From the NCBI RefSeq assembly GCF_963921235.1, contig NC_086123.1, forward strand, positions 17,298,001 to 17,362,000: a DNA stretch of 64,000 bases, in the 5' to 3' direction. Positions 37,521-48,849 of this stretch are shown in pieces; position 1 is the first letter of the stretch, and every line of letters starts with the position of its first letter. The stretch comes from Mobula hypostoma. Lineage: Eukaryota. A program made the position numbers and the translations under genes. The notes under the pieces were generated by a model. The model worked only from the letters and a program-made list of their open reading frames with translations. It did not search any database and had not been told where the DNA came from.

Positions 37521-38008
37521 AGCCGATAGCAGAGAAAAGAACAAGGCAGTTGTGGGGCCGGAATGAGTTACAGAGAAGGGCTCAAAGGCTTTTACACATT
37601 GACAAGTCCAGTATATACTATAAGCATTTTGTGCTTGTACTGTGTGCTGCAAGGTAAACTAAGTGCCTGGCCTGGCTAGAAATCGTCCATGGTCATGATT
37701 TGGAACCTATTGTTTTCAAGCTGAGTCCAGTACATTGCCACTGCTAAACTGGACTTTAGTGCATGTGATTGTGGCTGAAACTCTGCCTAAATATTTAATA
37801 ATCAGAACAATAGCTGCCTACCTGACTCACACAGAGTTCCCAAAATTGAGATCTTTCATGTGGTTTTCATTCAAATTTATCTATTTCCTCTGTGTTACAA
37901 TAAACCCTTTCTTGAAATCCTTACCTACAGAATCAATATAGAATTCTGTGCTGAGAAGAAATTCTGACTCTCTCCGACATTCCCCACCAATCTAAATATT
38001 CTGAAGTA

Positions 38009-39165
38009 CACACTGTGGCCATTTTAGTAGGTACACCTGCTCATTAATGCAAATATGTGGCAATAATGCAGTAAAGCATGCAGACATGGTCAAGAGGTTC
38101 AGTTGTTGTTCAGATAAAACGCCAGAATGAAGAAGAAATGTGATTTGAGTGACTTTGACCATGGAATAAATGTTGGTGTCAGATGGGGTGGTTTGAGTAT
38201 CTTAGAAACTGCTGATCTCCTGGGATTTTCGTGCATAACGGTCTCTAAAGTCTACAGAGAATGGTGCAAAAAACAAAAAGCATCCAGTAAGTGGCAGTTC
38301 TGTGGGTGAAAAGACCTTGTTAATGAGAGAGGTCAGAGAAGAATGGCCAGACTGGTTCAAGCTGATAGGAAGACAACAGTAACTCAAATAACTACACGTT
38401 AGAACAGCAGTGTGCAGAACAGCATGTCTGAATGCACAACACATTGAACCCTGAAGTGGATGGACTGCAGACTATGAACATACAATCAGTGGCCTTTTCA
38501 TTAGACCATAAGACATAGGAGCAAAATTAGGCCATCTGGCCCATCGAGTCTGCTCTGCCATTCAATCATGGCTGATCCTTTTTTTCTCTCCTCCTCAACA
38601 CCAGTTCTGGGCCTTCTCCCGGTAACCTTTGATTGCACATCCAATCACGAACCTATCAATCTCTGCCTTAAATACATCCAATGACCTGGCCTCCACAGCT
38701 GCATGTGGCAACAAATTCCACAAATTCACCACCCTTTGGCTAAAGAAATTTCTCCATGTCTCTGTTTTGAAAGAGTGCTCCTCTATCCTGAGGCTGTGCC
38801 CTCTTGTCCTAGACTCCCCCACCATGGGAAACATCCTTTCCACATCTACTCTGTCTAGGCCTTTCAACATTTGAAAGGTTTCAATGAGATCACCCCGCCC
38901 CCCCGCCATCTTTCTGAATTCCAGTGATTACAGACCCAGAGCCATCAAACGTTCCCCATATGATAACCCTTTCATTCCTGGAATCATCCTTGTGAACCCC
39001 CTCTGGACTCTCTCCAATGCCAGCACATCATTTCTAAGACGAGGAGCCCAAAACGGTTTACAATACTCAAGGTGAGGCCTCACCAGTGCCTTATAAAGCC
39101 TCAGCATCACATCCTTGCTCTCGCATTCTAACACATTAGGTACCTAACAGAGTGGCCACTGAGTG
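38009..39165 (+). mobile_element. Tc1/mariner internal-deletion derivative containing a CR1
   Basis: TA|CACACTGTGGCCATTTTAGTAGGTAC ... GTACCTAACAGAGTGGCCACTGAGTG|TA; paired-HTH remnant CDLSDFDHGINVGVRWGGLSILETADLLGFS. Confidence 0.9.
38505..39133 (-). mobile_element. CR1 LINE 3' fragment
   Basis: LYKALVRPHLEYC...RTRGHSLRI; TSD CATTAG at 38499-38504 and 39134-39139. Confidence 0.95.
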
Positions 39166-39317
39166 TACAGCAGGCCTGTTTGTTAACTATTGTTTAATTC
39201 TCTTAGGGTCTTCACTTTTTCTTGCTTACAAAAGTGAAATTTCAGCCTTTTTAATCGTAAATCAATTGATTGTTAAATGTGGCCTTTTCATATATATGTA
39301 GATGTGTCTATGTATGC

Positions 39318-39615
39318 TTTATTTATTTGTTTGATTGTTTATTTACTTACTGAGGTACAGCGCCGAACAGGCGTTTCCGGCCCTTTGAGCCGCGCCACCC
39401 AGCAACCCCCGATTTAACCCTAGCCTAATCACGAGACAATTTCCAATGACCAATTAACCCACCCACCGATACGTCTCTGGACTGTGGGAGGAAACCGGAG
39501 CACCCGGAGGAAACCCATGCTATCACGCACAAACACCTTACAGGCAGCAGCGGGATTTGAACCTGAGCTGCCTGATCTGTAAAGCGTTTTGCTAACCGCT
39601 ACTCTACCATGTTGT
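39318..39615 (-). mobile_element. Full-length V-SINE (HE1-like)
   Basis: Minus strand A-box TAGCGGTTAGC, B-box GGTTCAAATCC, V-domain GGGTTTCCTCCGGGTGCTCCGGTTTCCTCCCACAGTCC, (TAAA)n tail. Confidence 0.88.
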
Positions 39616-39687
39616 CCTATCCTATCATATGTTAGTTCGACTACTGGAAACCTGGACATTATTTCAACATTTCATTCTGTTGGTAAG

Positions 39688-40350
39688 GGATTGAATTGAC
39701 TTTATTTCTTACTCTTTCACGTGCATGAGGAGTAAAAATCTTTACATTACGTCTCCGTCTGAATGTGCAATGTGCAAATTACAGTAATTTGCAATAAATA
39801 GAATGTACAGTTAGATATACAACAGAACAGTCAATATAGCTTAGAGTTACAATTGTGTCAGTGTGAATTATTCAGTCTGATGGCCTGTGGAAGGAAGCTG
39901 TCCCGGAGTCTGTTGGTCCTGGCTTTTATGCTGCGGTACCGTTTCCTGGATGGTAGCAGCTGGAACAGTTTGTGGTTGGGGTGACTCGGGTCCCCAATGA
40001 TCCTTCGGGCCCTTTTTACACACCTGTCTTTGTAAACGTCCTGAATCATGGGAAGTTCACATCCACAGATGCGCTGGGCTGTCCGCACCACTCTCTGCAG
40101 AGCCCCGCGATTGAAGGGAGTACGGTTCCCATACCAGGCAGTGATGCAGCCAGTCAGGATGCTCTCAGTTGTGCCCCTGTAGAAAATCCTTAGGATCTGG
40201 GGACTCATGCCGAACTTCTTCAACTGTCTGAGGTGAAAGAGACGCTGCTGTGCTCTTTTTCACCACACAGCCGGTAGGTACAGACCAAGTAAGATCGTCA
40301 GTGACGTGTATACTGAGGAACTTGAAGCTGTTCACCCTCTCAACCCCAGA
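39688..40350 (-). mobile_element. Rex1/Babar LINE 3' fragment
   Basis: KKFGMSPQILRIFYRGTTESILTGCITAWYG...DPSHPNHKLFQLLPS; same family as 16225-16997. Confidence 0.92.
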
Positions 40351-41619
40351 TCTGTGACACTCCGATGTTGCTTGTACAAGTTAAGGATAAAAAGCGACTC
40401 ACTGCACACATTCAAATATGTTAATATACAGCACAAGAGACTTCTGCAGACCCTTTTTATTCATTTACTTATAAAAGGCAATAGGCTGGTTTCAGATGAT
40501 TTATTTCCGTATAGATCTCAAAAGCTGCTGAATGGTACCATGGCCTTGTGAAGAATAGGTTTGATCTGTGTGCAGTCTAAAAAAAAAGTGATGGTGATAA
40601 AGAGTGTCAGATAGCTAATATTCTGTGGAGCAGCATGATAGTCTGTTCCATAGCATGCAACATCTGACATCGTGTAATTGCATTGGTCCTTTCCATGATA
40701 CATTATGCGGTCAAAGTAGCTTCACAAGGTCGTGTAGCAGTTTGACTGACATTCCATTTGCATCGTGCCTGGTTCCAATAAAGTACTGAAACATGATGTT
40801 TAACGCAAGGGTCTGTGAACTGCAGGTTTTCAAAGCAGAATTTGATCACTGTTCTGCGACCTGTAAGTTGATACTCACAGGTAAAATTTTATCTCACCCC
40901 TCCATTCGCTTAGTAACCACCGGGGTCAAATTTAAAGGACAGCGGCCCAAAGTGAATTCATCTCCGGCTCCTCTGTGCAGTTAACCACCTAATGTGTTTA
41001 AAAGTAACTGAAGGAAATGAATTCTTAGCTGCCTCTAGTGTCACTGCCTTAAGACTGTGTAATGAACTACGTGACCCAGCAAATATAGGAATTGCCTTAG
41101 GGGAGTCCATGTTAAATTGGATACAGCCTTTAGACTTGGCCAAGCTGAAGTGGGCCTCAGATCCCCAGAGAGTGAAAGGTTGCACTGAAATGTTACATAT
41201 TTTCCCACTGATCTGATGACAGCCTTTTCACTAGTTCCCAGAATCCATCAAAAATACATTATCCCAGTACGTTTCCTTCACAGTGACTGTATTTCATTTG
41301 GCTTTAAAAAAAACATGAATCTTTTATTATGGGGCCAAGATGGAGTGTATTTTTAACAAGGCTATAATGTGGTTTGTTGTTTCCTGGGTCACCGTGTGGG
41401 CCACTTTGACACCTGCACTGAACTTCAGGCATCTGGCGAGATTTTCAGCGTCTCCAAAGAGAAGTTACAGAGCAGGCTACACACTTCCTTTAGTACAGAT
41501 AAATAAGCGCATGTTTCCATTTTACTGTATTTGCTATGCTTCAGTTGAAATTATCAATTTTCTGCACATTTTCAGAACTATACTTCAGTTCACTAATCTG
41601 GTGTAAGCGCTTCAAGAGT

Positions 41620-42236
41620 AACGAAACCCACACTCTCGCGCTCAGGGAAGGGAAGTTCCAACATCTGTAGCTTGCAAACTAGCGGGCAGAAGCGGCAGCT
41701 CTTCACGGAAGGACTGAGCTCGAGCGGCCGCTTTCCTCGGTTCTAGCGGAAGGATGTTTTCGATATTCTGAGATTTGTGTGACTATTGGACTCTAGTTTA
41801 TGCTGCTCGCCTTCAGTTTTTCTGTGTTTTCAAAACTTGTTGCTGATTGGAGGGTCGGGGTTCCCCATGGGTTTTAGTGCAAGGGAGGGGTTGGGGATTT
41901 AGAGTCTGATGTTCTGGTGGTTTTTTTCCGCATTGTTTTTTTGTGTGTGGTATTGGGGGTTGGGGGTTTGGTGCTGTTGTTGTTTTATTTGTGAAAAAGG
42001 GGTTTGGGGGTTCCACTGCCATTTCCATCTGTTAGTTTTCTTGTGCAAGGGAGGGTATGGGGGAGAGGAATTTTGCTAGGTTTGTTTCTTTTTCCTTTTC
42101 ATGTTGGGGGGGGTTCTTATGCCTTTTCTTTCAACGACTTCCCATGGTTTTTCAGTATTTCATGGCTATCTGGAGAGGACAATTATCAGAGTTGTATTGT
42201 ACAGGCATACTTTGACAATAAAATGAACCTTTTCAA
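41620..42236 (+). mobile_element. Non-autonomous retroelement with Rex1-like tail
   Basis: GT-rich body; ends ATCAGAGTTGTATTGTACAGGCATACTTTGACAATAAAATGAACCTTT; 5' boundary uncertain. Confidence 0.5.
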
Positions 42237-42339
42237 TAGTAACACTGGATTGAAAAATGCTTGCTGTCCACCGATGCTCTGGAGTGAGCGAGTTTGGGGT
42301 TTCAAGTGAGTAGTTCTGCACTTACTAAGTGCCATAAAT

Positions 42340-42640
42340 CTAAAGGTTAGCTTTGTTTTTCATGTGTACATTGAAGCACCAGAACATACAGTGAATTGTG
42401 TGTTTTGTGTCAAACCAAATCAGCGTGTGTTGGGCTGGGCAGCCCACAAGTGCCAACGTAGTACGCCCTAACCGTAACACTTACATCTTTGGAATGCGGG
42501 AGGAAACCAGAGCCCCTGAGGGAAACCACATGGTCATGGGGAGACCCTATAAACTCCTGACAGGCAGCAGTGGAGATTGAACCCCAATCGGAGACCACTG
42601 GAGTGGTAAAGCGATGCATTGAATACTGTGCTAGCCGCAG
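42340..42640 (-). mobile_element. V-SINE variant
   Basis: CTTTGGAATGCGGGAGGAAACCAGAGCCCCTGAGGGAAACC (antisense V-domain); ATTGAACC B-box. Confidence 0.75.
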
Positions 42641-42816
42641 TAAGTGCTGTCAGTGTTATAAAAGGTCCCAAGATGTCCCACTGGAGCTGGATCAAGAACT
42701 GGAAAAGAAAAGTGGAAAGTTCAAGTAATCTTTATTTCTCATTTGGGAGTGGGCTAGTGAGTGCAATGGACAGCTAGCAAGAATGTTGGGATGAATTTCT
42801 ATTACCCAATTTTAAG

Positions 42817-43356
42817 TGTAACGCCCTGGGAAAGGCTTCACTGCTAACGTAATAGTCTTTCTGTCAAAGCAGTGTTTGGGTTATGGATAGAGATAACAGG
42901 TGCTTTGGAATGTGAGCTGGGTCTTTAGTTCGGTGGGAGATGATGAAAGAAGACCCTAGAGAGAACCGGCTGTAGGATTCGACCCGGTGGGGGACCATGA
43001 TTCGATAGAGCAACGTGCCACAGTTGACTGAGGATTGTTGAATATGTACAACTTTTGGAAGAGTTGAGCTCCAACTTGTGCACATTTGACTGTTTAATTA
43101 CAATGGGCCCTTTTTGATTTTTTTTTCTTTTCTTTACTAACCCTTTAGTTAAGATTCATAAAAATAATTCCTTTAATCGAATGCAGTATGCTGTCTGTAA
43201 TGTCTTGGCACTGAGTTGTAACAGGGTAGCAAATCACACAGCATCCACACAAACCAGGGTTTGGAGTGGGAGAGCCGTCTCAATCTCATGGGTTTGGCAG
43301 GACTGGAGTGTGTCTTCTCTAGACTTGTGCAGCCAAGGAAACCAGGCAGGGTTTCA
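42817..43356. mobile_element. Solo LTR (Gypsy-like), 540 bp
   Basis: TGTAACGCCCTG...CAGGGTTTCA ends (TG...CA, imperfect inverted termini); 4-bp TSD TAAG at 42813-42816 and 43357-43360. Confidence 0.78.
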
Positions 43357-43429
43357 TAAGGAAAGGGCAAAGGGATTAAAAAGGTCTGTGTGTACTCACC
43401 AGCTTCAATATGCTGTGTTGCTGATTCAC

Positions 43430-44228
43430 CTACCACTAAATGTGAGGTGCTACATTTTGGTAGGACTAATCAAAATAGGACATACATGGTAAATGGTAGG
43501 GCATTGAAGAATGCTGTAGAACAGAAGGATCTAGGAATAATGGTGCATAGTTCTCTGAAGGTGGAATCTCATGTGGATAGGGTGGTGAAGAAAGCTTTTG
43601 GTATGCTGGCCTTTATAAATCAGAGCATTGAGTACAGGAGTTGAGATGTAATGTTGAAATTGTACAAGGCATTGTTAAGGTCAAATTCGGAGTATTGTGT
43701 ACAGTTCTGGTCACCGAATTATAGGAAAGATGTCAATAAAATTGAGAGAGTACAGAGAAGATTTACTAGAATGTTACCTGGGTTTCATCTCCTAAGTTAC
43801 AGAGAAAGGTTGAACAAGTTGGGTCTTTATTCTTTGGAGTGAAGAAGGTTGAGGAGGGACTTGATAGAGGTGTTTAAAATTATGAGGGGGATAGATAGAG
43901 TTGACGTGGATAGGCATTTTCCATTGAGAGTACGGGAGATTCAAACAAGAGGACATGAGTTGAGAGTTAAAGAGCAAAAGTTTAGGGGTAACATGAGGGG
44001 GAACTTCTTTACTCAGAGAGTGGTAGCTGTGGGGAACGAGCTTCCAGCAGAAGTGGTTGAGGCAGGTTCGATGTTGTCACTTAAAGTTAAATTGGATAGC
44101 TATATGGACAGGAAAGGAATGGAGGGTTATGGGCTGAGTGCAGGTCGGTGGGACTAGGTGAGAGTAAGAGTTCGGCACGGACTAGAAAGGCCAAGATGGC
44201 CTGTTTCCGTGCTGTAATTGTTATATGA
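43430..44228 (+). mobile_element. CR1 LINE 3' fragment
   Basis: KCEVLHFGRTN, EQKDLGIMVH, YCVQFWSPNYRKD, FFTQRVV; in-frame TGA stops. Confidence 0.95.
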
Positions 44229-45262
44229 TTACCCCCAGTCCACTGGTATTAAATGACAGGATTCAGTGTTATTAGAATCAATGTTACATAGGCTATTGTC
44301 TACCATTATCATCATTATGTGCCATGTCGTATAACATGGGAGATCATGTCTTATGACCATGATTGTTCTTGGTAAATTTCTCTACAGAAGTGCTTCGCCA
44401 TTGCCTTATTTGGGGTTTTGTCTATCACTGCCTGGAAATAGTTATAATTACACACACCTCGTGAACTGTGACTGCCTTATCTGAAGATATGAAGGATGTA
44501 TTTGGATTGGTATATTTGAGAGAATGGTAGCTGCTGTTCTCTACCATTCAAACCCTTCTGCGATTACAGTTGAAGCATCTGGATAAATCTGGTGAAAAAT
44601 GTCACTAAAATGCACCTATAGAATGCTAGTAATTAGAAAGATGGTGTGAATCTGAGAATGAAACACTGCTGGCTCATTGTATTTGCCTCCTAACAACCTC
44701 AAATTGATTCCTGACTATTGGCTAAACCGATTCCTCTCAACCCCATTCTCCTGTGGCCTAGAAGGCTGTTGAAAATTTTCAGCTATTTTGGGGATGGGAC
44801 TAGGTTCTGTCCACCCTTATCAGCATATTTTTTGTGCTAGACCCTGCTGCTGCACAGAACGTCACTGCTGAGTGTCCTTGCAGGAAATAAATACAGGAGG
44901 ATCAGTCAAAAATACCACCATAAGACATGGGGGAACAACTAGGCCATTTCGTCCATCAAGTCTGCTCTGCCATTCCATCATGGCTGATTCATTATTCCTC
45001 TCAACCCCATTCTCTTGTCTTCTACCCATAACTTTTAATTATTACACTAATCAAAAATCTATTCATCTCTGCCTTAAATAAAGCTAATAACCCAACGTCC
45101 ACAGTCGTCTATGGCAATGAATTCCACAGATTTTCCACCCTCTGGTTAAAGCAATTCCTCTCCACCTCAGTTCTTAAAGGGATGTCGTTGAATTCTGAAG
45201 CTGTGTCCTCAGATACTAGACTCCTCCACTATAGGAAACGTCCTCTCCACTTCCACTCTATC

Positions 45263-45900
45263 TGGTTGGCATCTGCCTGTCTTGAAGGACAATGGGTGAT
45301 GACCATAATTAACACAAGCCTGGATGGAAGGTATGGGGATCCTGAGGTGCCCAGTCGTCAAGGTCCCCCTTTTGGCCTCACCAGTGTAGTCCAAAGGAAA
45401 GCTTATGAAGCAATACATTTGGCACCAGTTTGACTGCAGGGGCTGCCGGAAGGGTGTTCAATGATATCCAGCCGTCTTAGGGGCTCCACTCCAGATTTGC
45501 TGTCTGGGTTTACTCCCGTAGCCTTCGTCTCTCCTGAAGCTGCCCAGAAGGCAGTGGGGCTATTTACCCATAGCTGGGGATCTGGTTCACGACCACCAGG
45601 GTGTGTTCACACACCGGTGGGCCTGCGTGCCACGTGTGCAGGAACCAGACCTCCTCCCCGTCCTCTGTAGTTCAGCCCGAGTCCGAAAGGAGTTCAGTTT
45701 CTGTCTGCTGACGGTGAGGAGGCACTACGAGGCCTGCTGTGGGAGAGGCTATGTACAGTACTGACAGGGAGAGACTTACATGTTTAAGCACTCCTTTTCG
45801 CAAGACTGCTAGTCAGTGGTCTTGAAGCTGAAATTGAGAGCGACAAGCCATACCCACTACACTACCACACTAAACACATCGCAACAACCATTTTGACACC
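45263..45900 (-). mobile_element. Non-autonomous (bipartite) RTE-clade element
   Basis: About 10-bp TSD CCACTCTATC / CCAGTCTATC (45253-45262 and 45901-45910); no ORF; RTE-like UTR blocks shared with the SINE at 8421-8708. Confidence 0.7.
45662..45806 (-). ncRNA. HDV-like ribozyme fold, degenerate copy
   Basis: P2 CCUC-GUAGU/ACUAC-A-GAGG; P3 GCC/GUC; L3 UCCUCACC; P4 CUGA..UCC UUUC GGA.UCGG; J4/2 GCUGA; candidate P1 GUCUUGC/GCAGAC. Confidence 0.6.
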
Positions 45901-46803
45901 CCAGTCTATCAAGGCCTTTCAATATGTCAATGAGATCGTCCCTCACTTTCCTGAAGTCCAGCAAGTAAAGGATCAGAGCCACCAAGTGCAGATGTCCAGC
46001 CCTCACAAGTCCAACGGTGAAGATGGGTGGTTCACTGGTGACAGGATATTCCAGGCCGGGAAGTCAGATTTATATCGACACATGACTTGAACTGATCTGT
46101 TACGAATCTACCCTGGTTACACTCTGTGCACAGCTCTGATCGTTGAGTACTAATGGGCAGGTGTGCTGTAAACCAGCCTAATGCAAAATTCATGCAAACA
46201 TCCAAAATGGCATTTAATAAGTTCCTGCTCCTAGCCTAGCCAGAGTGGAAACAGATGTTCAGGGCAGTGCTGCCAAGTTCTGATTGCGCTGGGTGACCGA
46301 TTCATCCTGGTTTTTATAAAGAAATACTTACACTTCACCTTTGGCGTGCACTCTGTCCTAGGAGAGTCTTAACTTTAGCACAGATGGCTAGCTTACATTA
46401 GCACCCATTGTTTTCTTATTCAAAAGAGGGTGTGAAAGAATTAATCTTCAGGTTATCATTGCTGCAAAGAAACGAGCTGCGAACCTTTCTTTCCAAGTGT
46501 GTGCGGCAAAATAAATACACTCAGAGGCCATCTTATGAGGTTCAGAACTATATGATCATGGTTTCTGCCGTTGTAGCTCATCCACTTCAACGTTCAATGT
46601 ATTGTGCGTTCAGAGATGCTCTTCTGCGCACCACTGTTGTAACGCGTCGTTTTTTGAGTTACCATCGCCATCCTGTCAACCTGAACCAGTCTGGCCATTC
46701 TCCTCTGACCTCTCGCATTCACAAGGTGCTTTCACCCACAGAACTGCCACTCACTGGATGTTTTTTTTTTGGTTTTTCACACCATTCCCAGTAAACGGGA
46801 GAT

Positions 46804-46883
46804 CAGGGGCTTCCAACCTGTGCTCCGTGGACCCCTTGCTTAATGGTATTAGTTCGTGGCATAAAAACGGTTGCAAACCCCTG
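46804..46883. mobile_element. 80-bp hAT MITE
   Basis: CAGGGGCTTCCAACC...GGTTGCAAACCCCTG; homologous to 35172-35252; TSD not preserved. Confidence 0.7.
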
Positions 46884-46998
46884 CTCTAGGAGATCAGCAG
46901 TTTCTGAAATAGTCAAACCATCATCCCCCCCACCCCATATATTACCAACAATCATTCCACGGTCAAAGTCACTTTGATCACATGTCTTCCCCTTTCTG

Positions 46999-47457
46999 CT
47001 GTTGTGTGCTGGGGCAGCAGGCTGAGGGTAGTAGACACCAGCAGAATCAACAAGCTCATTCGTAAGGCCAGTGATGTTGTGGGGATGGAACTGGACTCTC
47101 TGACGGTGGTGTCTGAAAAGAGGATGCTGTCTAAGTTGCATGCCATCTTGGACAATGGCTCCCATCCACTACATAATGTACTGGCTGGGCACAGGAGTAC
47201 ATTCAGCCAGAGACGCATTCCACCGAGATGCAGCACAGAGCGTCATAGGAAGTCATTCCTGCCTGTGGCCATCAAACTTTACAACTCCTCCCTTGGAGGA
47301 TCAGACACCCTGAGCCAATAGGCTGGTCCTGGACTTATTTCCTGGCATAATTTACATATTACTATTTATTTATGGTTCTATTACTATTTATTATTTATGG
47401 TGCAACTGTAACGAAAACCAGTTTCCCCCGGGATCAATAAAGTATGACTATGACTAT
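46999..47457 (+). mobile_element. Rex1 3' end, (ATGACT)n family, nested in Tc1
   Basis: VVCWGSRLRVVDTSRINKLIRKASDVVG...SFLPVAIKLYNSS; AATAAAGTATGACTATGACT. Confidence 0.92.
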
Positions 47458-48849
47458 GTTTGGTGTGAACGACAACTGAACCTCTTGACCATGTCTACAT
47501 GTTTATATGCATTGAGTTGCCGCCACATGATCGGCTGATTAGATACTTGAATTAAGGAGCAGGTGTTCAAGTATGTCCAATAAATGTATACGATCACGTG
47601 GCCACTGAGTGTCGACTTGTAGTATATTTCATTTGATGAGACTTAATGAGACAAAATCCTGTCCATTCCTGGGCAAATGTTTGCAGTTATCCACAGGATG
47701 AGTTCGAGAAGCTCTTGACTATAGATGGTAGTCTCGGGAAAGATGACATCCACTTTAATCGTGTGAAATGATGTAGGCGGTGTTCATTGGATAAGAGTTG
47801 TGAGACAGTCACTATTAATCAACCTTGCAATCCAGTTGGTCGGACTTGCCCCACTTATAACAAACGCACCCAGCTCAGAGAGCAACACGGCGGTAATCCA
47901 ACCAATTCATCATCACTCCCGTCCCATACTTTCTTGAAGACTACAGGTCACAGTTGTTATACAACAATTAATTTAAATCGATCCCTTTTCACCTTATAAT
48001 ACAATACAATAATTTTTAAATTTTGTGCAACTTGCATTTTCCAAGCTTACAGTAGATGGTCACTGAGTGTCCACTTGTAGTATATGACAACCCAGCTACT
48101 AATCACTGGCTGTCAAACCTGTTGTATCTCCTTGCCTGTCAATATTCCATCATGCTGCTTATTAGTTTTCCCGCAGAGATAATAAAATGTCTGATGCTGC
48201 AATCTGGAAATAGATATCTGCCATTTAGCAGATATCAATCAGTGAATGACAGAGCAGATCCAGTCATGGCCTCGATATAATTCCGGTGATGGGATAATTC
48301 CCTCAAATCAGTGAATTAGTAATATAGTGGCAGATTAAGTCATGGAACTACTCGAATTGGGTTCCGAATAGAATGTATCCCGATACACCCTGGCAGGATA
48401 CTCCCTGGCCCTTTTACAGATGTCTATTACACCGATGCTGCAGCTCGCTTACCTGACCTGAATGGATGAACTTTGTGCGTGAGTGTACACAGTGGACACC
48501 AGCAGGATGTTTGACTGTAGAAGGCAGCATACCTTGATTTCGACAGGTGGCTGCACAATCTCATTCCAGGTGCTTTACTGGAGAACGATCAGGACCAGGG
48601 ACTCACCTAGAATTATTCTCCTCAGAATGCCGGAGCTGAGTGCAAAGGAACAAGAAAATATGGAATAAGGAGTGGGAGTAGACCATGTGATTCAAGCTTG
48701 GTCCACCATTCAACAGGGTTACGGCTGATCTTGTAGCACAAGTATACATTCCCTCTCAGTCCTCTTATTTCCTGGTCCTCCTAGCACTCCCAAATCCCAT
48801 CAGTTTCTGCTTTCCACAACTGAATGTCCACAGCCTTCTTAATGTCTCA

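Larger units (their letters stand above)
44915..45985 (-). mobile_element. CR1 3' end, split by an RTE-type insert
   Basis: ACCATAAGACAT tail; CCACTCTATC|...|AAGGCCTTTCAAT resumes at 45911. Confidence 0.8.
46518..47611 (-). mobile_element. Tc1/mariner derivative (same family as 38009) with two inserts
   Basis: TA|CACTCAGAGGCC ... GTGGCCACTGAGTG; antisense CDQSDFDRGMIVG...LTISETADLL. Confidence 0.85.

Noticed and set aside
39540-39615. tRNA gene (also 8640-8708 and 30010-30072)
   Set aside because: The A/B boxes belong to SINE heads fused to V-domain or RTE bodies; no complete cloverleaf.
48213-48236. Hairpin GATATCTGC-CATTTA-GCAGATATC as a miRNA or terminator
   Set aside because: The stem is only 9 bp, too short for a pre-miRNA and plausible by chance.
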